Source: a bacterium
Lineage (GTDB): Bacteria > SZUA-182 > DTGQ01 > JAFGSM01
Assembly: GCA_049472335.1 (NCBI GenBank)
Contig: JBLIRO010000017.1
Coordinates: 1 to 64,000, forward strand
Reading direction: 5' to 3'
Length of the DNA: 64,000 nucleotides
Within the stretch, counting starts at the first letter, position 1. Each line of letters starts with the position of its first letter. Below, piece by piece: positions 61,895 to 64,000 of the stretch. A program made the position numbers and the translations under genes. The notes under the pieces were generated by a model. The model was not told where the DNA came from. It made no database searches and saw only the letters and a program-made list of their open reading frames with translations.

Positions 61895-63997
61895 TTATTT
61901 GTTACTCATTATGGAAGTGGATTTTAGTGCGGTATTGATTTGCTCCTGAAAGGCCATAACAATGCTGTTGAGATTCTCATCCGAGCTGGTAATCTTGGTA
62001 AAAAGCTCTGAATAAAGATTATTGACATCTGAGTTCCACCATTCTGGAACCGGTTCTGCATAATTTAATGCCTTTTTTATCTTTTGGAAGTAAGGGCCAT
62101 ATTTATCATCCCGTTCGAGCTTAGCTATAATTTCAGTCCGGATTGGCGGCCACCAAAGTTCCCTTGCCAGCTTCTCCTGCACTTCCGGACTGAGCAAGAA
62201 TTCAATAAATTCTAAAGCCCGCTTCGGGTTTCTGGCTCTCTTTGCTATGGCAAGGTAATCACCCCCCAGGAGATTGGAGGGATTCGACCCTTCCATCCAG
62301 CTTGGGCCAGCGTATATCTCAAAGCTATCGAGCTGATTCCCGGTTTCGAGACTCTTGAGGGCAAAGCACCAATTTCTGCCTATATAGGCTTTTTCTGACT
62401 GGAGATACCCTGTGGCGATTTTCCAATCAACCACCGAGACACAGGGCCATAACTGCCGTAAGAATATGAAGGCCTGCATACTGGAATTGTCCGTAAGATC
62501 ACAAGGATCACCCCCTGCTGAACGAATAAGCTCTAGCAAAAATAGCGGTGCATCACTTTTCGCACAGTTGAGGATAACCCTTGCCTCCCCTTTCCGGGCC
62601 TTCATTGTATTGGCAAATCTCAATATCTCCTGCCAGGTCCAATTAGTGGGAATGTTCTTTGGATCGCCATAGAATTCCTGAAATCTTTCCTTGTTCAGAA
62701 TCAAGAGCCGAACATTGGGACGAAAGGGGATAAAGTAATTACGTTCCTTTTCTTGTAAATGCTCTATAAGACATGGGTGAGTTGTTGCAGGGATTAGTCT
62801 TCTCTTTACTTTTGAAAGATCCTGCAGTTCTTTCTCCATCCGGATCTCACTTCGCCTATTAATGTCCATCACAATGACATCGATTCTCTTTTTTTGCCGG
62901 AGGCTACTTAGAATCTCTTCGCATTCTATGTTTTCGATCCGCAGTATGGCATAGTGTTCTTTTCCAAATTCTCTGACTATTTTTTTGAATACCGAGAATT
63001 CATCCTTTTCCAAGATGGTTAAGACTGTGAGCGTTTGAAATTTAAAGAAGAGGATGAAGAGCCCAATGGCCAAGGCGATACCGATTCCCAATAAAATCTT
63101 TGAAGTCAGTTTTGGCTTAATGTTCTTTTTATCCATTTGTTTCCGACCATGGAGCAAGTCCATATGTTTCAGGCTGAAACAGGGATCGCCATAAAGCCGG
63201 TATAACAAAGGGGTAATGGAATCCGGATGGTCCTTTTGCATCCCTTGTTTGGCGAGGCACAATGATTCGGCGGGGGGCATTCCTTTGAAGAGGCATCCAT
63301 AAAAGGATCGTGCAAATGTCAGGGCTTCACGATCTTTAATCCTTTTGATCGGCGCTATCACCTGTGAAATACCTGCTTTGAGAAAGGAGCCTGCAATGCC
63401 CCATAGGTTGGAATCTCTCCCGCAACTGCTTGCACAGCATGAATTTGAAAAAATGAGCCATGGAACCGAAGGACTAGTTTTCATTTGCTCTATTTCGGTA
63501 ATGTTGAGAATCTTATCCGGGCCAATCATCCATCCTGTGGAATCGGGTTCCCCTGTATCCAAAGAATGGCCTGCGAAGTGAACCATAGAGGATGTTTCAA
63601 TGGCTTCGAGTATTTTCATTTTATCCCCTGAGGATATAAAGTGGGTTTCAATCCCTCCTTTTTTGGCAAATTCCTTGAGATCCATACCTTCATTGTGAGA
63701 AGAAGGCAGATTCCCTGCAGGATCAGCAATGATGAGCATCCTTTTATACGGAGGGAGCTCTTTTTGAATCCTGTTCTCTGACTCCAAACAAATGATGGTA
63801 CCGATCTGAAATATTTTCCCGATAAATCCTTTATTGGCAATATAGCAAAGCTCAAAGGGGATGTTAGCCCAGTTAGGCGGGACATTGAATAAAATGTCAC
63901 CACCTATGGTATCTTCAATCTCGCCTTTGATTTGTTGAGGGAATATAGTCTGCCAGAGATGATTGCCCCAGGTTTGGATTCTTGCTATTTCCTGCAT
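61895..63997 (-). CDS. CHAT protease - TM - extracytoplasmic solute-binding domain fusion (may start beyond the right edge)
   Basis: IPFEL, MLIIADP.GNLP, VHFAGH, IFSNSCCAS and YRLYGDP motifs; TM ILLGIGIALAIGLFILFF; SBP motifs RPNV, SAGGD, RNW, GGD.LAI and WPPIR. Confidence 0.9.
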   Translation of the reverse strand: MQEIARIQTWGNHLWQTIFPQQIKGEIEDTIGGDILFNVPPNWANIPFELCYIANKGFIGKIFQIGTIICLESENRIQKELPPYKRMLIIADPAGNLPSSHNEGMDLKEFAKKGGIETHFISSGDKMKILEAIETSSMVHFAGHSLDTGEPDSTGWMIGPDKILNITEIEQMKTSPSVPWLIFSNSCCASSCGRDSNLWGIAGSFLKAGISQVIAPIKRIKDREALTFARSFYGCLFKGMPPAESLCLAKQGMQKDHPDSITPLLYRLYGDPCFSLKHMDLLHGRKQMDKKNIKPKLTSKILLGIGIALAIGLFILFFKFQTLTVLTILEKDEFSVFKKIVREFGKEHYAILRIENIECEEILSSLRQKKRIDVIVMDINRRSEIRMEKELQDLSKVKRRLIPATTHPCLIEHLQEKERNYFIPFRPNVRLLILNKERFQEFYGDPKNIPTNWTWQEILRFANTMKARKGEARVILNCAKSDAPLFLLELIRSAGGDPCDLTDNSSMQAFIFLRQLWPCVSVVDWKIATGYLQSEKAYIGRNWCFALKSLETGNQLDSFEIYAGPSWMEGSNPSNLLGGDYLAIAKRARNPKRALEFIEFLLSPEVQEKLARELWWPPIRTEIIAKLERDDKYGPYFQKIKKALNYAEPVPEWWNSDVNNLYSELFTKITSSDENLNSIVMAFQEQINTALKSTSIMSNK

Positions 63998-64000
63998 GTT

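Noticed and set aside
1..64000. CRISPR array or rRNA
   Set aside because: No regularly spaced repeat-spacer pattern and no rRNA signature seen. The 18-bp periodicity at 10.9-11.1 kb is a coding peptide repeat.

Overview
An AT-rich bacterial chromosomal window with no rRNA and no CRISPR array. The organism is probably diderm and rich in sigma54 regulation; I cannot assign its taxonomy. From 1 to 1.2 kb lies mobile-element debris: an IS1380 3' end, an interrupted integrase start and a small ORF with an attC-like site. From 1.3 to 43 kb is core-like content: a PAS sigma54 activator, an alternative glycogen set (GH133 debranching, GH57 branching, and a GT4 lacking its catalytic motifs), an atypical class III cyclase, tRNA-Arg(CCG), an antiporter with a PII-like partner, a CxxCH sensor kinase, a CUT1 ABC operon, a spoVG-HK-RR-sigma cluster, a sulfatase-TPR protein, a B12 radical SAM enzyme, ftsH with three hsp20 genes and a DUF4921 protein. 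Scattered through this part are three paralogous secreted proteins with a low-complexity N-terminus and a beta-domain, each behind a sigma54 promoter. From 43.4 to 53 kb is a decaying island array marked by two tRNA-Thr(CGT) 3'-half att copies, with two toxin-antitoxin pairs, two dead integrases and an NTPase(pseudo)-CHAT-small protein module. From 53.4 to 64 kb, on the minus strand, are a pspA/flotillin remnant, a second copy of the ABC operon, TPM and SPFH genes, and the most unusual gene: a caspase-like CHAT protease fused through one transmembrane helix to a solute-binding domain homologous to the binding proteins of both ABC operons. All calls are from motif reading by eye; no searches were run.
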